Source: Octopus sinensis | Taxonomy: Eukaryota | DNA length: 64,000 bases | Direction: 5' to 3' | Assembly: GCF_006345805.1 (NCBI RefSeq) | Contig: NC_042999.1 | Coordinates: forward strand, 102,114,001-102,178,000 | Part shown: piece after piece, positions 61,383 to 64,000 of the stretch | How the letters are laid out: every line of letters begins with the position of its first letter | Numbering within the stretch: position 1 is the stretch's first letter | Made by a program: the position numbers and the translations under genes | The notes under the pieces: model-generated | Seen by the model: the letters and a program-made list of their open reading frames with translations, nothing else | Told to the model about the DNA's origin: nothing | Databases searched by the model: none

Positions 61383-62138
61383 CACGGTGAGTCATCTATT
61401 TGAGAACAAAGCTTTAATTATTCCCCTATTTTATTTTATGCACCAACATGGAAGCTTCGAATCTAATGCAGACGATGATAAAGCATCACCTTCTCTTCGC
61501 CTTATCCACCAATCATAGAGATTCTGAGATCCCAACCTTCTTAAATGTCACCAGGTCCTTCGTGTTTAAGATCAGAAAAGAGCGCCTGTTCTCTGGGTGG
61601 ACTGTACCTTCTGTGGCCAAAAGAAAGTCCAAGGGATCATTAACGAGAATCCCGTGCCATTACCAATTATCTCCATGTATTGGAGTCAACGATTAGACAC
61701 ATGGTGCACAAAGACATCAAGTACAAATCCTATGTTATGAGAAGAGGGTAGTTGATGTCCGATAAAACCGGGAAGAACCATGTGTTCCGGCCGAAGCGCT
61801 TGCTGAACAAACTAGCGCATATCGAGGAGTTCAACATGCTCTGGTTCTTCTTAGACGAGAAGAACCTTGTCCAAGATTAGAAACTGAACAGAGTAAATAA
61901 CACATGTCTCTGCGCCAGCTGCACTGAAGTCCTCACTATTACGCACACCGAGTCTCCGCCGTCTATGAGGGTCTTGGTTGTCGTGAATAATGTGGACCAT
62001 GTTATATCTCTCCACTTTCCTCTGCAATATCTTAGGATCAATACGGCAGCCTATATCGAGACAATGAAGATAGATATCAAGCCCCGAATCGTGAAAGTTA
62101 CTCAGGGACACCGCACGTATTTCAGTAAGACTCTGCTC

Positions 62139-62187
<49 letters not shown>

Positions 62188-62575
62188 AGTCTATACAACT
62201 CAGTAGAGGTTGGCCGAAAATTTTCAAGTTCATATTACCTCTAACATTCAGCCCATCAGCTCTTCTGATTTAACCCCATCTGAACTACTATGTCAAGGGC
62301 GTCGTTAAGAGGGAGACCAGCAAGCATGCTCACAATACCAATGACTCGTTGATGCCTGCTATTGAGGCCATTGTGGCCATCATAAATAATCATCGCCTAT
62401 TCAACATATTTAGTCGAGGCAGTAATCGAGGTTTATGAAGATTTCATTGAATAAGTTTTTGCTATATGTACGTAAAAATATGTGAACCAAATTCCTTAAA
62501 AATCTAATGGCTTTTCTAATTAATATTTTTGTTTTTCTTAAATTAAAATTTTGTTCTCATACTGTTGATGTTATG
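61383..62575 (+). mobile_element. maT/DD37D-like transposon, near full length, degraded
   Basis: N-terminal KHHLLFALSTNHRDSEIPTFLNVTRSFVFKIRKE; MLWFFLDEKN; INTAAYIETMK; SSDLTP..NYY. Partial terminal similarity (TGAGAACAAA / TTTGTTCTCA). A (TC)n(CA)n tract is inserted at ~62138-62187. Confidence 0.7.
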
Positions 62576-62894
62576 TATGTCTCTTTTATTTTTACCTATC
62601 TAAATTCTCCCTCTGAGGAAGGAGCTGGTTTCTAACGAAGATAATAAGTTCCACCTTTGGAATGTCGAATGTAGATAACGAAAACAATGTCACATATTAA
62701 ACCTCTGAGAAAAGTTTTGCATAGTATTACTCTTCCGCTTATAGATTGTATTTGTAATGTACGAAACGGTTGATTGATTTATGTATGTATGTATGCATGC
62801 ATGCATGCATGTATGTATGTATGTGTATATGTATGCATGTATACATACAGTGTGTGTGTGTTTGCCTCTGTGTGTGTATGCTTGTGTGTGTGAA

Positions 62895-63150
62895 AGCGCG
62901 TGACCTAATGGTTAGGATGTTACACTCATTACCGCTGGATTGTGGTTTCGATTCCCAGATTGAGCGTTGCGCTGTGTTCTGGAGCAAAAATACTTTCATG
63001 TCCTTCCGCGATCGCTTCGACCATCTGGGATGTGGCAAATCGCGCACCTATACAGGTGATGTCGAGTTGATGAAGTGAGTGAGCTGATGCACAGCATGAA
63101 ACTTTGATCTGTGCAGGTTGTTCAGCCAGAAGATGCGTCCCCATCATCTG
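62895..63150 (+). mobile_element. SINE family C
   Basis: GCGCGTGACCTAATGGTTAGG...GGTTTCGATTCCCAG...CTGGAGCAAAAATACTTT. Confidence 0.65.
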
Positions 63151-63180
63151 TTGTTTACGCTAAGAGAGTTCACTATATAT

Positions 63181-63225
<45 letters not shown>

Positions 63226-63255
63226 TTTATATATGTATGTGTGTTGTGTGTGTGT

Positions 63256-63301
<46 letters not shown>

Positions 63302-64000
63302 ATATATATATGCACACACATACACACACATACACATACATACACACGCACATGTTCTGCGCAGGCAACGTAATCCAGAAAAGTTCATAGATAAAATAAA
63401 AGGTACAACATTTTGGACATAAGTTCTTGAGAGTGAAAGAAAAAAATGTTGATACAAAGGTCAATATGTCGGACATTAACAAGTACCGACAAGGCCTGTA
63501 TACTTGGATCCAAGACATTAGATTTTTCACTACTTAATGTAAAAGAGAAAAAAAATTCAGAAATTTGTACTATTTTTCCTTTCCATGTACGAAATTTTAT
63601 GGGACACATGCTGTTATCAGAAAACTGAGAACAGCAATAGCAAAATTGTTGTCTACAAGTCAGAGAGACTTTCGGTATTCTGTGATGAGAAATAGCAGTG
63701 TTACAGAGACTTGCTATGGTGTATATTCTTCTATATAGAATCTTTTGCAAAGTTTTTAAGAATTACAGAGAATTGTTAGTAAATCTCTCGACATGACCAA
63801 CACATAATTAACACTGTTATGATAAATAGTGCTGATATTAATTATTGTGATGTTGAAGAAGAGTGATGGTTGGAATGATAGTGTTGGTTGGTGGTGGTGT
63901 TGACGGTGATGGTTGTTGTGGCGGCGGTGTTGGTGGTTGTGGCGGTGTTGGTGGTTGTGGCGGCGTTGGTGGTGAGGAATATGGCGATAATCACAAATCT

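Noticed and set aside
63876-64000. Gly/Cys-rich open frame running off the window end
   Set aside because: Degenerate (GGT/GGC)n low-complexity tract; short and unsupported.
1-64000. CRISPR array, rRNA or prokaryotic operon
   Set aside because: No regularly spaced repeat-spacer array, rRNA homology or gene-dense coding; the sequence is metazoan repeat-rich DNA.

Overview
Eukaryotic, AT-rich, repeat-saturated genomic DNA. The SINE repertoire and the extreme (TA)/(CA)/(TATG)/(ATT) microsatellite load point to an octopus (coleoid cephalopod) intronic or intergenic region; this species assignment is inferred from recalled repeat families, not from a database search. No complete protein-coding gene, rRNA, true tRNA or CRISPR array can be supported. 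Almost all ORFs in the track are translations of microsatellites or SINEs. Identifiable content: dozens of tRNA-derived SINEs from at least four families; a non-autonomous Helitron; an internally deleted Tigger/pogo element with intact TIRs and TA TSD; several mariner and maT(DD37D)-type relics; hAT MITEs with 8-bp TSDs; and CR1, RTE, Jockey/I, HERO and R4/Dong LINE fragments. The most interesting unexplained signals are four. (1) A dispersed set of 7-8 minimal type-I hammerhead-ribozyme-like motifs from about three short repeat families, with no Penelope ORF in the window; one has an intact core (30595) and one lies in a near-perfect 125-bp fold-back (60094-60218). (2) A pri-miRNA-shaped hairpin at 28114-28195. 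(3) A coding-like polyQ/polyH segment at 41538-41944 interrupted by a single in-frame TGA. (4) An unclassified 769-bp element with about 80-bp TIRs carrying octamer and CCAAT motifs, nested in a LINE.
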